A DNA stretch of 64,000 nucleotides from an uncultured Clostridium sp. (GTDB lineage Bacteria; Bacillota; Clostridia; TANB77; CAG-465), in assembly GCA_948470565.1 (NCBI GenBank), contig CAOKPF010000003.1, forward strand, positions 21-64,020, in the 5' to 3' direction. The notes beneath the pieces are model-generated. The model was not told where the DNA came from. It saw nothing but the letters and a program-made list of their open reading frames with translations, and did no database searches. The position numbers were made by a program, and so were the translations under genes. Below are positions 18,460-29,775 of the stretch, in pieces. How positions within the stretch are numbered: position 1 is the stretch's first letter; every line of letters starts with the position of its first letter.

Positions 18460-19956
18460 CTAATTTTTGGGAATTAAGCTATCAACAGGACAATAATCAT
18501 CTGTTAATGTAATTTCATCTGCTTTTATTTCTAAATTATATACATTTTCAAAACTAATATTATCATCTGTTGCAATTACCATATTATTAATAACTTTATT
18601 CTTATCATCTGCCAAATTACATGGTACTACATATACATTTTTAAAAACTTTTTTTATTGTATTTACTTCAGCTCTTAAGAATTTTGAATTCTCTCCTTCT
18701 AATGCAGATATTACATTAGTTAAATATAATCCATTATTATTTAATGACTTTTTTATATTTCTTATAGTCTCAATTGTAGTTAATGTCTTTGCTGGCGAGT
18801 TACCAGAAAATGCATCATTTAATATAGCATCATATTTTTTTACATTATTGTTCAAATAAGTTCTTCCATCATCTGTAATTAAATTTAACCTATGGTTTTG
18901 TTCAATACCATACTCATCTATTAAATCTTGTAAATAAAAATATTTCTTTGCTATTTGTGTAATTTCTCCATCTATTTCAACGACGTCCATTTTCTTATCT
19001 AAATAATGACTTATATAGTATTTTGGATATGAATAACCTGCCCCACCAATAAGCAATACTTCATTAATATTATTTTTTGAATTAAACATCAGGTCATACC
19101 CTTTAGTATATTCAAATACAAGTTCATTTTTCTTCTCATTATTTGTAAATGTTGCAGATTCATAACCACTATCTATATTTAAAATTCTTACATCTTCATC
19201 ATTTAATTTTGAATTATAAATTATTACTCTTCCATACAAAGTATCATAACTTGTATATTCTGTACTATTTCCATTTAATATATCTTCACCAATTCTGCTA
19301 TTTTCATCAACTGAAAATTTCATTAAAATAATCGAAATAATTATCATTATCACAATGAAAATTGTACTTTTTATTTCAAATTTAAAATCCGATATTGGAA
19401 TTAAGCATAAAATTATAATTGTAAGCACAAATAATATATATACACTACCAAAAGTTGGAACTAAGAAAAATCCACCTAAAAATGTACCAAATATTCCTCC
19501 AATTGTAGCTATTGCATTGATTTTTCCTGATACTTTACCAACTGTACTTAAATCATTCATTTTTAATTTTACAATAATTGGACTTAACAACCCCATAAAA
19601 AGTGATGGTATGAAAAATAGTAATAAGGTTGCAAGAACTGCTCCAAGTTTTATATTAGAAGTTATCTCTATTATTCTATTTATAACATTTTCTTGAAATA
19701 TCGGTATAAAAAATACAAAAATTGCGGAACATATTAATATTTTTTTTAAATTTATTTCTACATTTTCCTTATCTGCCATTATTCCACCTATATAATTACC
19801 AATACTACTACTAAGAAGTATAATCCCTATAACACTTGTCCACACTATATTAGAATTTCCAAAATATGGTGATAATACTCTTGAGGCAACAAGTTCTAAA
19901 ATCATACAAATTGCATCTGCAATAAATATAATTATCTCATATCTATACTTTCTCAT
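18460..19956 (-). CDS. fused membrane domain / spermidine synthase-like protein
   Basis: 498 aa; about 200-aa multi-TM N-terminus, then LIGGAGYS and DAFSG aminopropyltransferase-like motifs. Confidence 0.75.
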   Translation of the reverse strand: MRKYRYEIIIFIADAICMILELVASRVLSPYFGNSNIVWTSVIGIILLSSSIGNYIGGIMADKENVEINLKKILICSAIFVFFIPIFQENVINRIIEITSNIKLGAVLATLLLFFIPSLFMGLLSPIIVKLKMNDLSTVGKVSGKINAIATIGGIFGTFLGGFFLVPTFGSVYILFVLTIIILCLIPISDFKFEIKSTIFIVIMIIISIILMKFSVDENSRIGEDILNGNSTEYTSYDTLYGRVIIYNSKLNDEDVRILNIDSGYESATFTNNEKKNELVFEYTKGYDLMFNSKNNINEVLLIGGAGYSYPKYYISHYLDKKMDVVEIDGEITQIAKKYFYLQDLIDEYGIEQNHRLNLITDDGRTYLNNNVKKYDAILNDAFSGNSPAKTLTTIETIRNIKKSLNNNGLYLTNVISALEGENSKFLRAEVNTIKKVFKNVYVVPCNLADDKNKVINNMVIATDDNISFENVYNLEIKADEITLTDDYCPVDSLIPKN

Positions 19957-20534
19957 ACATCACCCTCATTTTTCATATACCAATTTGCAAACTCATTTAA
20001 TGCCTCTACTGAAAAGTCTTTATTCCTTCTCTCTTCTCTTTGTTTTGCATCCATCTGAGCTAGTGTAATATCAAAATTCTTAGGTTTAAATACATACCAC
20101 AAATCTGACCACTTTTCTTCTCTGTCTATCCCTTGCAATTCCGTAGATAAGTTCCCTAAATGCTTACCATAAAAATAATGTATATTTTTTCCATCATGAT
20201 ATGCTAAACATTCTTCAAACCTACACTTTCTGTTTGTCTTTCCCTCCATTAGTTTTAAAATACCATTTACTCCAATAGTTTCTAAGGTAAAATTTACAAA
20301 TGCTCTTGGAAAACCATTTAATTCATCAATAAAGAAACCTGTATCTAATGCTATACATGGCTTTTTTACAATTGAATATGCTTGATTAACTTTAGCTGTA
20401 ACAATCTCTTTTATATCATCACTTCTAGGTTCGTCCAATTCAAAATCATATGTACTAAATTTTATGTTTTGAAAGTACTTTTCTGCTGATTTGGCTTTTC
20501 CTCTATTATGTGTTACAAAAATAATTTCTCTCAT
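19953..20534 (-). CDS. Ham1/ITPase-like non-canonical NTP pyrophosphatase (tentative)
   Basis: IIFVTHNRGKAKSAE and ALDTGFFIDELNGFPRAF resemble Ham1 motifs; start set at MREII behind a GAGGGA SD. Confidence 0.5.
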   Translation of the reverse strand: MREIIFVTHNRGKAKSAEKYFQNIKFSTYDFELDEPRSDDIKEIVTAKVNQAYSIVKKPCIALDTGFFIDELNGFPRAFVNFTLETIGVNGILKLMEGKTNRKCRFEECLAYHDGKNIHYFYGKHLGNLSTELQGIDREEKWSDLWYVFKPKNFDITLAQMDAKQREERRNKDFSVEALNEFANWYMKNEGDV

Positions 20535-20593
20535 TCTATATCCCTCACAAAAATCCAAATATTATATTTATTAATCTTATAATTACATATCTA

Positions 20594-21148
20594 TTATATT
20601 TTTAACTCTTCATCTAAAATTCCAAAATACTTATTACAAAAGCTATCAAGTTTATCTTTATTTTTAAGAAGCTCTAACATTATTTTATTTGCTGTATTAT
20701 ACGCAAATTCATATTGTTCTTTTTTAATTACATTTTCTTTTAACGCTTGTTTTAATTCATCTTCATCTAATAAAATTATAGTTCCATCTTTTAACATTAC
20801 AATATCCAAAAATAAATCATAATAATATGGTGTATTTTCTTCATATAGTACATTTTTAAGTGTAATATCTATATAATACTGAACTAAATCTTTATTTTCA
20901 TCATACATTGCTGTAATCCAATAATTTTTATTTTCAACTGCTACTTGTAACCAATAATACCCGTTATCTACAATTTTTACAGATATGCTATTACCATAAT
21001 TTTTTACTAAACTTTCAGTTAATTCATCAATAATAAGCAAGCTTACAATCGCTTTTTCTCCATTTTCTACTATACTTTTTTCTTTATATCTTCTTTTTGT
21101 TATTCTTGTCCAATTTTCTTTTGACATATATTTTTTCTTTACTTGCAA
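20594..21148 (-). CDS. DUF402-like protein
   Basis: 184 aa; YYDLFLDIVMLKDGTIILLDEDEL matches the DUF402 signature. Confidence 0.6.
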   Translation of the reverse strand: MQVKKKYMSKENWTRITKRRYKEKSIVENGEKAIVSLLIIDELTESLVKNYGNSISVKIVDNGYYWLQVAVENKNYWITAMYDENKDLVQYYIDITLKNVLYEENTPYYYDLFLDIVMLKDGTIILLDEDELKQALKENVIKKEQYEFAYNTANKIMLELLKNKDKLDSFCNKYFGILDEELKI

Positions 21149-21167
21149 TTAAATTCCTCCTATTATT

Positions 21168-22493
21168 TTAAAATGGCTCTTTTATTTCAACTTCAATTGG
21201 CTCTTGTAATAATAATTCTATTTGCTCATTAGATAAATATTTTTTATCTATAACAATACCTAAAACAAACTCATCAAAAAAATTATCATTCATTATATAA
21301 CAACCATTTAATTTTTCTTTATCCCCATAACTATCTTCTACTTTCCATCTTTGTGTTTTACCATCTATAATATTAACTCCTGTAATTGTCATTGCATGTT
21401 CTGCACTTATATCATATAAATTTAAAGCCTCTTCTTTTGACATTTTTTCCAAATTCAAAGTTTTATCATAATTATACAATCTATTATCTAAAATTCCAGT
21501 ATTTTTATCAACAAACTTAGACATATTTGAATATATATATACTGAGTTATTATTCTTTAATTGACGAATTGCTAATTCTTTCAAATCACATATTGGTAAG
21601 TTTAGGTATCTAACACTACTTTTTCCATATACATTTCCTAAATATTTTTTCTCATACACCTTATAATATTCTTTGTTATACATAGGAATATTTCCAATTG
21701 CTACAAAATTTTCTATATCGAGTGCTAAAAATTTATTCTTAAATTCTAGTGGTGTAATATTTTCATATTTTTTATATTCGTCATTCTTATTTTTATATTC
21801 ATAATCAAATTTTGATATAGGTTCTCCTAATATTTTTGACAATAATATGTAATTTTCTTGTAAATATCTATTTTTTGTTTCCCTTAATTTAGTAAAACAA
21901 ACTGCTTGTCTTTTTAATTCTAATAACTCTATTACATCCTTTTTTACCTTTTCTTTATATATACTTGTAATTTTCTCATAATCATAATTCTCAAAAGCAC
22001 TTTTCATATATGTACTAGGTACTATTCCATATTTATTAATAATAGCTACAAACCACTCCCAATATCCACCTTCTGAAACACAAAATTCCATAATATACTC
22101 TTTATGTATATTACTAAAATTGATATTATTTAAATTTATTATATTTTCATAAGTGTTATTAGATTTTTCTAATTTATCAAAAAATTCTATATAATTACTA
22201 GATAAACTAAACTCAGATACATCTATGTTTAAATTTCTAGAAATATCATATTTTATCACATTAAACCCTGCATATACCCAACATAGTCCACTATTTTTTT
22301 GATCATATCTTTTACTTTCTGGAAGTTCTATATTAAATATTGGTTGATTTTGTATTATTATTTCTCTATCAATACATGCACTTTCGAGTCCACATTCAGT
22401 TATGGAATTTTCTATTAGTTTATTAGTACTATCTAAATTATATATTTTACTAAATTCTTTAATTTGTTTTATTGATATCTGTGTTTCTTCCAT
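21168..22493 (-). CDS. pepC: aminopeptidase C / bleomycin hydrolase (C1 peptidase)
   Basis: 441 aa; QKNSGLCWVYAG active-site Cys motif, C-terminal HAMTITG. Confidence 0.85.
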   Translation of the reverse strand: MEETQISIKQIKEFSKIYNLDSTNKLIENSITECGLESACIDREIIIQNQPIFNIELPESKRYDQKNSGLCWVYAGFNVIKYDISRNLNIDVSEFSLSSNYIEFFDKLEKSNNTYENIINLNNINFSNIHKEYIMEFCVSEGGYWEWFVAIINKYGIVPSTYMKSAFENYDYEKITSIYKEKVKKDVIELLELKRQAVCFTKLRETKNRYLQENYILLSKILGEPISKFDYEYKNKNDEYKKYENITPLEFKNKFLALDIENFVAIGNIPMYNKEYYKVYEKKYLGNVYGKSSVRYLNLPICDLKELAIRQLKNNNSVYIYSNMSKFVDKNTGILDNRLYNYDKTLNLEKMSKEEALNLYDISAEHAMTITGVNIIDGKTQRWKVEDSYGDKEKLNGCYIMNDNFFDEFVLGIVIDKKYLSNEQIELLLQEPIEVEIKEPF

Positions 22494-22542
22494 ACAATAT
22501 TCCTCCTAATTATATTGTATATGTATTTTCTAACTGTCATAC

Positions 22543-22870
22543 TACATTTGATAACTCGTATTAATTTCATTATATATCTTAAATCCAACCTTTTCGTATA
22601 ATTTTTTTGCCGGTTTGTCTTTAAAACCTGCAAAATTGTCATTATACCATCCTTTTTATTTTATTATAATTGTGCACTTAAAATCTTGCTCCCAATCCCT
22701 TCATTTTGATATTCTTTTACATACTTATTTCATTTATGAAAAAGTCATAATTTTTTGTTATATGATAGATATACACTGGCTAGTTTACCATTACAAATTA
22801 TAATTTTTTTATGCTTAAGTGTTCAATCATATCTTGCATTAATCTATCAATCTATTCTTTGCCCATACAG
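22543..22870 (-). pseudogene. degraded GNAT acetyltransferase relic
   Basis: Minus-strand fragments EYQNEGIGSKILSAQL** and GWYNDNFAGFKDKPAKKLYEKVGFKIYNEINTSYQM* are separated by stops and frame changes. Confidence 0.5.
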
Positions 22871-23001
22871 TCCTATATTTTATCACATAACACATAAAAT
22901 TTTATTTTTTAAAATTCCATAGGAAATCAAAATCCTACATTGTACAAGCTCTAAAATTATATTCCATTTTACTTCCAACTAATACAAACAATTACTATTA
23001 T

Positions 23002-23553
23002 TTATAGATAACTTACTATATCTTCAAAAGTATCATATCCACTTTCAGCATTTATATGACCACCATTTGGAATAAGTACTTGCTCAGTTGCAATAAGATC
23101 TGCAAATTCTTTTTCTGCTTCATAACTTACATATGGATCATTATCTGAATAAAAGCATATAATATTATCTGCATATTGTTTTACTTCTTCTAAATTTTCA
23201 AAATACATTGTTTTATTAACAGTATCATATTCATCATTTATTCCAAAATAGTTATTAAATCCACATACAAATATTAACTTTTTTACTTTTAATTTATTTT
23301 CTACTAAAAATTTTGATACAAAAACAGGAGCTATACTATGTGCTATTATTGTTGTATTTTCAGTTATTAATCCAAAATCTATGTAATTTTTTAATAATTT
23401 TGACCAATTATCATAATTTTGATAATTTACTCCTATTGGAAAATCAGGCACATACACCTGCTTTCCATCAGATGTTATAAAATCATAAGTCCATGCAAAC
23501 CAATTTGAATATGGGCTACTAAATGAGCCATGAATTAGAAAATAATTTTCCAT
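23002..23553 (-). CDS. YdeN/RBBP9-type alpha/beta serine hydrolase
   Basis: 183 aa; FLIHGSFSSPYSNWF and AHSIAP nucleophile elbow. Confidence 0.65.
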   Translation of the reverse strand: MENYFLIHGSFSSPYSNWFAWTYDFITSDGKQVYVPDFPIGVNYQNYDNWSKLLKNYIDFGLITENTTIIAHSIAPVFVSKFLVENKLKVKKLIFVCGFNNYFGINDEYDTVNKTMYFENLEEVKQYADNIICFYSDNDPYVSYEAEKEFADLIATEQVLIPNGGHINAESGYDTFEDIVSYL

Positions 23554-23574
23554 CTTTATACCTCCAATTATAAT

Positions 23575-24159
23575 TTAAACTATTATACTTTTTATAGTAT
23601 TTCTTACTTCAATAATTCTTTTTTCCATAAATTCTTTGTGATCCTTTAACCATTTTTTATTTAAAGGAGATGGGTGTGGGAGAACAATTGCAGTTTTTCC
23701 ATTGAAAATATTGTCTTTAAAAACCAAATTTTCAAACTTTTCATCAGGAAAAAACATATTTGCTGCTTTTGCACCTATCAGTATATATATTTCATTATCA
23801 ATAATTTCTAACTCTTTTTTTATCCATTTTTCAAAACAGCATTTTGGTGGCTTTCTATCATTTCCATTTTTATCTTTACCAGGATAACAATGTGCTAATG
23901 CGCCCAGAAAAAAGTTAGTTTTATTATAAAATTTCTCATCTGTTATTTGATACCATTCATATTTTAATGTTTTCCCACTCATATCTGTAAATGGCTTCAT
24001 TGTACTGTGTACATTATTTGATGGTGCTTGACTTATTTGAACAATTTTAGAATTCTGATTTCCCCAAAAAACTGGATGTGGTTCAAATCCAAATTTTTCT
24101 TTACAATACTTACATTTTTCAACTTCCATTTTTAAATTTTCAAACACTCTCAAATTCAC
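23575..24159 (-). CDS. uracil-DNA glycosylase superfamily protein
   Basis: 194 aa; ISQAPS and LPHPSPLN motifs. Confidence 0.7.
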   Translation of the reverse strand: MNLRVFENLKMEVEKCKYCKEKFGFEPHPVFWGNQNSKIVQISQAPSNNVHSTMKPFTDMSGKTLKYEWYQITDEKFYNKTNFFLGALAHCYPGKDKNGNDRKPPKCCFEKWIKKELEIIDNEIYILIGAKAANMFFPDEKFENLVFKDNIFNGKTAIVLPHPSPLNKKWLKDHKEFMEKRIIEVRNTIKSIIV

Positions 24160-24361
24160 CTACCTTCAATACTACGTGATTACAAAATTTAGCAAAAATA
24201 ACATACCACAGTTTTTATTTTATAATAAACAACTATCAATATTTCTTTAATAAATTCCATAAATAATCTAATGTAATTTGATTTATAGCAATTATCAAAT
24301 ATACTAATATTTTATTTTTATGATAATTATATTTTAAAATTTAAATTAAAGTATTTCACTT

Positions 24362-26056
24362 CTACATTTCATAAATATAGTATTTTTCAAATCCTTCAAA
24401 CACTATTACAAATTTTTTTAAGTTTTGCCTTTTTTCAAGTCTTTTATCTTTTATATATCTATTCATCTGCTCTATTCCATTTTCCTTTAATTTTTCTATA
24501 TTTACTACTTTTGCTTTTTCTTTACTTAGATATTTTAGTTCTATTACAGCTTCATACTTTGCATTACTTGATGCAGACTTTTCAATAAATATATCAGCAA
24601 AGCCTTGAAGCGCTGGAAATTCTCCATATACATAATACTGACTACTTAAACTAAAGAAAAGTGAATACACATATTTTAATGTTTTTTCGCTAAAGTTTTC
24701 TTTATCTCTTATACTTTGATGAGATAGAAAACTACATATAACTTTAGTCATCTCTTCTATATTTCCATTATCGCCAAACTGTATTATTCCATTGTTGATA
24801 TCCCTTGTATCTATGTTGTATTCCTTACTTGTAGCTATCATTTTTTGAAAATAACTTGCATACAACGCTTCTGATACATAATTTGGAATACAAAATGTAA
24901 TAGTAATCCCTACATCTTTTATTGTTATATATCCTTGATAATATAACAATGAAAGAAAACTATCCTCATTAAATACATTATCATTTAATTCAAACTGCCT
25001 TACTATATTTCCCTTAACTTCTCCATTAGTTATTAGTTCTATTAGTTTTTCATAATTTTTCTTAGGATTAATCAAATTTACAAAGCTTTCTATTTTATTT
25101 CCTGATGTTGCCAAATTATTATCTACTATATCACGTGGTGCTTTTCCAGAATTTATATACTTTATAAGATAATACATTACTAGAGTTGTATTAAATATAT
25201 GTTCTTCATTATCCAAACTAAACCTATATCCATCATAATTTTTCTTTAACTCTTCATATACATTATTTTTTAAGCCAGACTTTTTAACCAAATTTCTTAC
25301 TTCATCTTCTGTAAAACCACACATTCCAACAAATTCAGCATCTGATGAAATGTTTGTAGCTATATTAAATCCTGATGTTAAACTATCTAACATTAGTGGT
25401 GCTATTCCTGTTGCAAAAAATCTGTCTACTACGCTATTAGTACCTTCTGTATATTCCTTTATTACCTCATAAAATGCTCTTACAAATCCTCCTTGCCCTA
25501 ATGATTTTACAAAACCTGATACATTTCCATCTAGCATTCCATTTGTAAAATGGTCATATTCATCTATTACTATATATATTTTATTATTCTTATTCAATCT
25601 TTCAAACTTTGATAGTAGTTCAAAAAGTATCATTGATGCTGGCTTATTCTCTCTCAACTTTATATTAAGTTTATACTTTTCTATAAACTTATTACAATAT
25701 CCTCTTACTTTATCATTGAAGTTTTCTTCAATTTCTCTTTCTGTCTTACTACTACTTACATTCATTCCTGAAAAATTGAATTTTAAAATGTAATAACTAT
25801 TCTTCTTTTCTGTAGGTTTATCGTATATGTATAATCCTTTAAATAGTTTTTCATAATTATCTTTTTCATATATATCGTAATAATATGAAATCATGCTTGT
25901 AAATAAACTTTTTCCAAATCTGCGAGGGCGAACATATATTGCATTAATATATTGTTCTAGTTTTTCTATATACATTGTTTTATCTACATATTCATATTTT
26001 TCTTCTCTAAGCACTGCAAAATCAGATTTTCCATAAGGTATTTTTATTTTATCCAC
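24362..26056 (-). CDS. AAA-ATPase-like + PDDEXK_9 nuclease-family protein
   Basis: 564 aa; IPYGKSDFAVLREEKYEYVDKT start, PRRFGKS P-loop, C-terminal D...IELK nuclease-like core. Confidence 0.8.
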   Translation of the reverse strand: MDKIKIPYGKSDFAVLREEKYEYVDKTMYIEKLEQYINAIYVRPRRFGKSLFTSMISYYYDIYEKDNYEKLFKGLYIYDKPTEKKNSYYILKFNFSGMNVSSSKTEREIEENFNDKVRGYCNKFIEKYKLNIKLRENKPASMILFELLSKFERLNKNNKIYIVIDEYDHFTNGMLDGNVSGFVKSLGQGGFVRAFYEVIKEYTEGTNSVVDRFFATGIAPLMLDSLTSGFNIATNISSDAEFVGMCGFTEDEVRNLVKKSGLKNNVYEELKKNYDGYRFSLDNEEHIFNTTLVMYYLIKYINSGKAPRDIVDNNLATSGNKIESFVNLINPKKNYEKLIELITNGEVKGNIVRQFELNDNVFNEDSFLSLLYYQGYITIKDVGITITFCIPNYVSEALYASYFQKMIATSKEYNIDTRDINNGIIQFGDNGNIEEMTKVICSFLSHQSIRDKENFSEKTLKYVYSLFFSLSSQYYVYGEFPALQGFADIFIEKSASSNAKYEAVIELKYLSKEKAKVVNIEKLKENGIEQMNRYIKDKRLEKRQNLKKFVIVFEGFEKYYIYEM

Positions 26057-26566
26057 ATTATCACTTCTCCTACTTATACTATATCATACAAATATATATT
26101 TTACAATAATTTGAATATATTTTACATGATTTTCATAAATTGTGTATTAAGCTTAGTAAAAAAGCATAAAAACAGAGACTAAAAATATCATTTTTTTAGC
26201 CTATTGTAATTTAAGAAAGTTGAAAACTCCTTTTTATTTACTAATAGTTATCAGTGTCATTAATAATCTAAAACAATTTGAAACTTTAATCTTACTTTTA
26301 TATATATAACTCCACGATAACTCCGTATTATGATAAATTATATTATAGAACATTTACATATTTTTAAGTATTAACTATATATCAAATTATCTTTTAATAA
26401 TTATTCTATCCCTCAATAAAATTTATTTAGTTTTCAATATTGCAAATATTAACATTAATCTGTAGTAAGTATTAGCGTAACAAGTTTACTCGTATGCTCT
26501 ATTTATATAAGCACTATATATTAATTTAATAACATTATAATTTTTTTGCTTTTTTCAATTTCTTTA

Positions 26567-27757
26567 TTATTTACATTTTAAGTATTTCTCTGTTTTAGTT
26601 AAATAAACTGACGATACTATCAAGAAAAACATTAATATAGCTACTGATACTGACAATATATTTACATCATAAAAATAATTATATAATATATATACAACTA
26701 CATAACTTATAACCTGCCCTATAACCATATAAATATTAAATGCAATTATATGTTCCTTTTTATACGAAATTAAATTATCAACACGTATTGCAGAATATAC
26801 TACACTACAAGATTCTGACTCTATTATCTTTCCTAATGTCTCCATAAAAATATAATAAATAAGTAATGTAGTAAAACTTGAATTATATATTAATATTACC
26901 GAAGATACAAATATAACACCAGCTAAAATTGGATAAAAATTCTTAAAAACATTTTTCCTATTTACTAATTTTAATATTTGCAATGAAATGATTGATAATA
27001 CAGCAAATAACGAATTATATGTACCCAAACTAATTTCAGTTCCAAGTCTTAAAAATAGTATTATTGGCAAAAGTTCTTTTATTGCACCTTGTGATGATAT
27101 TCTTCTATAAAACATACATTTATATATATCTTGTATATATTCTTTATCCCTTATAATTCCAAAATATTTTTTCAGTTCTAGCTTTTTATCACTAACAGTA
27201 AAATCTTTAATATTAAAAGATATCATTATAATAACTAATACTTCTATTATTAGTATTACAAATAATACATAATATGAGAACTTTTGTATTATAAAGCCCG
27301 AGAAAAATGGTGTTAGTATTGTTGCTATACTAGATAATATATTTAAATTTGCAATATAGCTACTCATAGTATTATTAGTATTAGAACCAATTACTATTAG
27401 CTCATAAGGTACCGAATAGGCTACTGTTGAAAGCCTTTCTAAAAATTTGAAAATATATATATAATTTACTATGCTCTCCTTAAATACTAGAAGTATTAAA
27501 ATATTTAATATTAAAAGTATGAAACTTAATCTATAAATATGTTTGGCATTTTTAGAATTTATATATTTTAAAATTACATAACATATCAAAAAATCAGATA
27601 TCGCACCAAACAAAGAATATTTTATGACAAGATTTAAATCATCTCCAACTATTTTTAGTATATATATATTAAAAAATAGCGAGAAAAATACACTTACAAA
27701 CTTTTTAAAAAAAGATATTATAGCTATATATTTTCTATTATCATATTCCATAATCAA
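26567..27757 (-). CDS. multi-pass membrane protein (MFS-like transporter)
   Basis: 396 aa, about 10-12 hydrophobic segments; resembles 54825..56081. Confidence 0.6.
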   Translation of the reverse strand: MIMEYDNRKYIAIISFFKKFVSVFFSLFFNIYILKIVGDDLNLVIKYSLFGAISDFLICYVILKYINSKNAKHIYRLSFILLILNILILLVFKESIVNYIYIFKFLERLSTVAYSVPYELIVIGSNTNNTMSSYIANLNILSSIATILTPFFSGFIIQKFSYYVLFVILIIEVLVIIMISFNIKDFTVSDKKLELKKYFGIIRDKEYIQDIYKCMFYRRISSQGAIKELLPIILFLRLGTEISLGTYNSLFAVLSIISLQILKLVNRKNVFKNFYPILAGVIFVSSVILIYNSSFTTLLIYYIFMETLGKIIESESCSVVYSAIRVDNLISYKKEHIIAFNIYMVIGQVISYVVVYILYNYFYDVNILSVSVAILMFFLIVSSVYLTKTEKYLKCK

Positions 27758-27920
27758 CCTCTCATTTAATTTTTTCTTTTTTATTTAGTAAAATTATAAT
27801 ATATATACAATGTAAAATCAATACTATAAAAAGCAATAATTATATAATATTCTTATATAAATTATTTTTATATAATATAAATTTGGAAAAAGTTGGGTTA
27901 TATATTTTAATAAAAGCTAT

Positions 27921-27960
27921 AAAAAGCAGTATAACCAATTAAAATTATACTGCTTTTTTG
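27921..27960. terminator. bidirectional terminator after the kinase gene
   Basis: aagcagtata (27924-27933) pairs with tatactgctt (27946-27955); A-run before and T-run after. Confidence 0.6.
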
Positions 27961-27991
27961 CAAACAAAAAATATAATTATAACATACTTTT

Positions 27992-29755
27992 TTAGCCAAA
28001 CCTATAAATTGCTTTATCTGTTAATATATCAAATCCACCATTTTCAAAATTTAGTGTAGCATCTTCATTGACAACATGACAATCAAAGTTTTTAACTCTA
28101 TTTTCCAAGTAGTTAATTCCAACAATCTTGCCATGTGAAGGTGAAAATATTGTATTATTTGCAAAGCAAATTGAATTAAGTGAAGTTGCACTATAACGAT
28201 AAACTTCTTTATCAAAAATAATTTCGCCCTTTAATGAAATTACTACTGTTCTATGAGTTCCTGTACTTGTTTCATATATAAACAACCAGTTTTTACTAAT
28301 TTTATCATATTTTATTGCATATTCTGTAATTTTATTTTTGTAATTTAAGAAAACACTAAATTTCTTAGACGTTATAAGCATTTTTTTATCATAAAGTAAA
28401 ATTGCTAAATAATCATCATTAGTAACCAAATATATCGTATTTACATATACAGAGGCTAATTCTTCAAAAAACAACATTCCATTTTTGATCTCATTTTTTG
28501 AAAGCCTAAATGAGTCATCAATATAGCAAATACATTTTCCACTAATACTTACCGCTGATTTATATGACTTTTGCATATGGCATACTCTATTATTTGTATC
28601 TGTATCATACACTACAATCTCATTATCATATATTTCAAATACATACTTTCCATCTTCTGAAAATTCTACTCTGTAATCATTAGAAGCACCCCATGTCTTA
28701 CCTGTTCTTACATGAACAAATTTTGAATCGTAATTTAAATACTTATCAAAATCAAAGAAATAATTTACCTCTTTTGATGCAAAAATAGTCTTAATGCTAA
28801 TGCCACTAGGAGTAACTGCTTTTGTCACACTTGGCATTACGCTTACATCAGCCTTTTCATTACATATTGGACATTCTGTATATTTTGAATAATAATAGAC
28901 TTTATGTTTATTACAATACTTTAAATTGTTGTATAAATCTCTAAGATCTTCTGTAATATATTTTCTTTCACCTTTTTCAAATATTGCAAGGAAACTGTCC
29001 AAAAGCCTAGGCGACATCCAATTCCATGAGTCAATCATTGGTGGAATACCTATATTATGATTACCAAGCACTGAAAGCTTTGCTTTTATTCTGTTTTCTG
29101 TACTCATATCAACATCTTTGTCGTATTTACCATTAAATGGATGCATACGTGTTAATATTTTAAAACAAAGAAGTGCAAAAGCATACATATCAGTCTTTAC
29201 ACTAAGTTCTACTTTTACCAAATTACCTTTATTGTATATATATGCTTCTGGATCGACGTAATTTTCCGTCCAAGCATCTGCAGGATGCGAGTCAATTCCG
29301 AAACTATCAGCATCAATAAAATATAAATCCTTACCTTTAACTAAAACATTTCTTTCATTTATATCACCAATATACTTTCCATCTTTATGAATCTGTTCTA
29401 ATTTGTCAGAATAGTCAATCATAATTTCAAGTATATCTTTGTTAGTAAAACCTGTAAGTTTTAAATGTTTCTTTTTAGCTAAAGCTCCAATTTGCTCAGA
29501 GTTCGTAACTTTTCTCATTATATAGCCCGCAAATCGATTAGCAATTATTACATTATTCAATGGAGCAATTACAAAAAATAATCTGTGAGGTTTAAGCCAA
29601 GCTAATACTTTTTTTTCCTTTAAATCAAATATTACATTTGTTTTAAATATTTTCATAACTTCATATTTAGTATATTCATAAATCTCTGCTTCACCACCAC
29701 TTGCCATTAAATTATATACTTTTCCAAGTTCATTTTGTTTAATATTAATAGCCAT
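27992..29755 (-). CDS. Ser/Thr protein kinase-like protein with zinc ribbon and beta-rich C-terminal domain
   Basis: GGEAEIY G-loop, VMKIF Lys, GDINERNVL catalytic loop, DADSFG, DPE; CNKH...CPIC ribbon. Start at ATG 29755 behind an AGGAGGG SD. Confidence 0.75.
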   Translation of the reverse strand: MAINIKQNELGKVYNLMASGGEAEIYEYTKYEVMKIFKTNVIFDLKEKKVLAWLKPHRLFFVIAPLNNVIIANRFAGYIMRKVTNSEQIGALAKKKHLKLTGFTNKDILEIMIDYSDKLEQIHKDGKYIGDINERNVLVKGKDLYFIDADSFGIDSHPADAWTENYVDPEAYIYNKGNLVKVELSVKTDMYAFALLCFKILTRMHPFNGKYDKDVDMSTENRIKAKLSVLGNHNIGIPPMIDSWNWMSPRLLDSFLAIFEKGERKYITEDLRDLYNNLKYCNKHKVYYYSKYTECPICNEKADVSVMPSVTKAVTPSGISIKTIFASKEVNYFFDFDKYLNYDSKFVHVRTGKTWGASNDYRVEFSEDGKYVFEIYDNEIVVYDTDTNNRVCHMQKSYKSAVSISGKCICYIDDSFRLSKNEIKNGMLFFEELASVYVNTIYLVTNDDYLAILLYDKKMLITSKKFSVFLNYKNKITEYAIKYDKISKNWLFIYETSTGTHRTVVISLKGEIIFDKEVYRYSATSLNSICFANNTIFSPSHGKIVGINYLENRVKNFDCHVVNEDATLNFENGGFDILTDKAIYRFG

Positions 29756-29775
29756 ACTTTTCCCTCCTAAACATA

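Noticed and set aside
26057-26566. 510-bp intergenic region inspected for sRNAs, small ORFs or repeats.
   Set aside because: Only weak AT-only hairpins, no consensus promoter/terminator pair, and no SD-preceded ORF.
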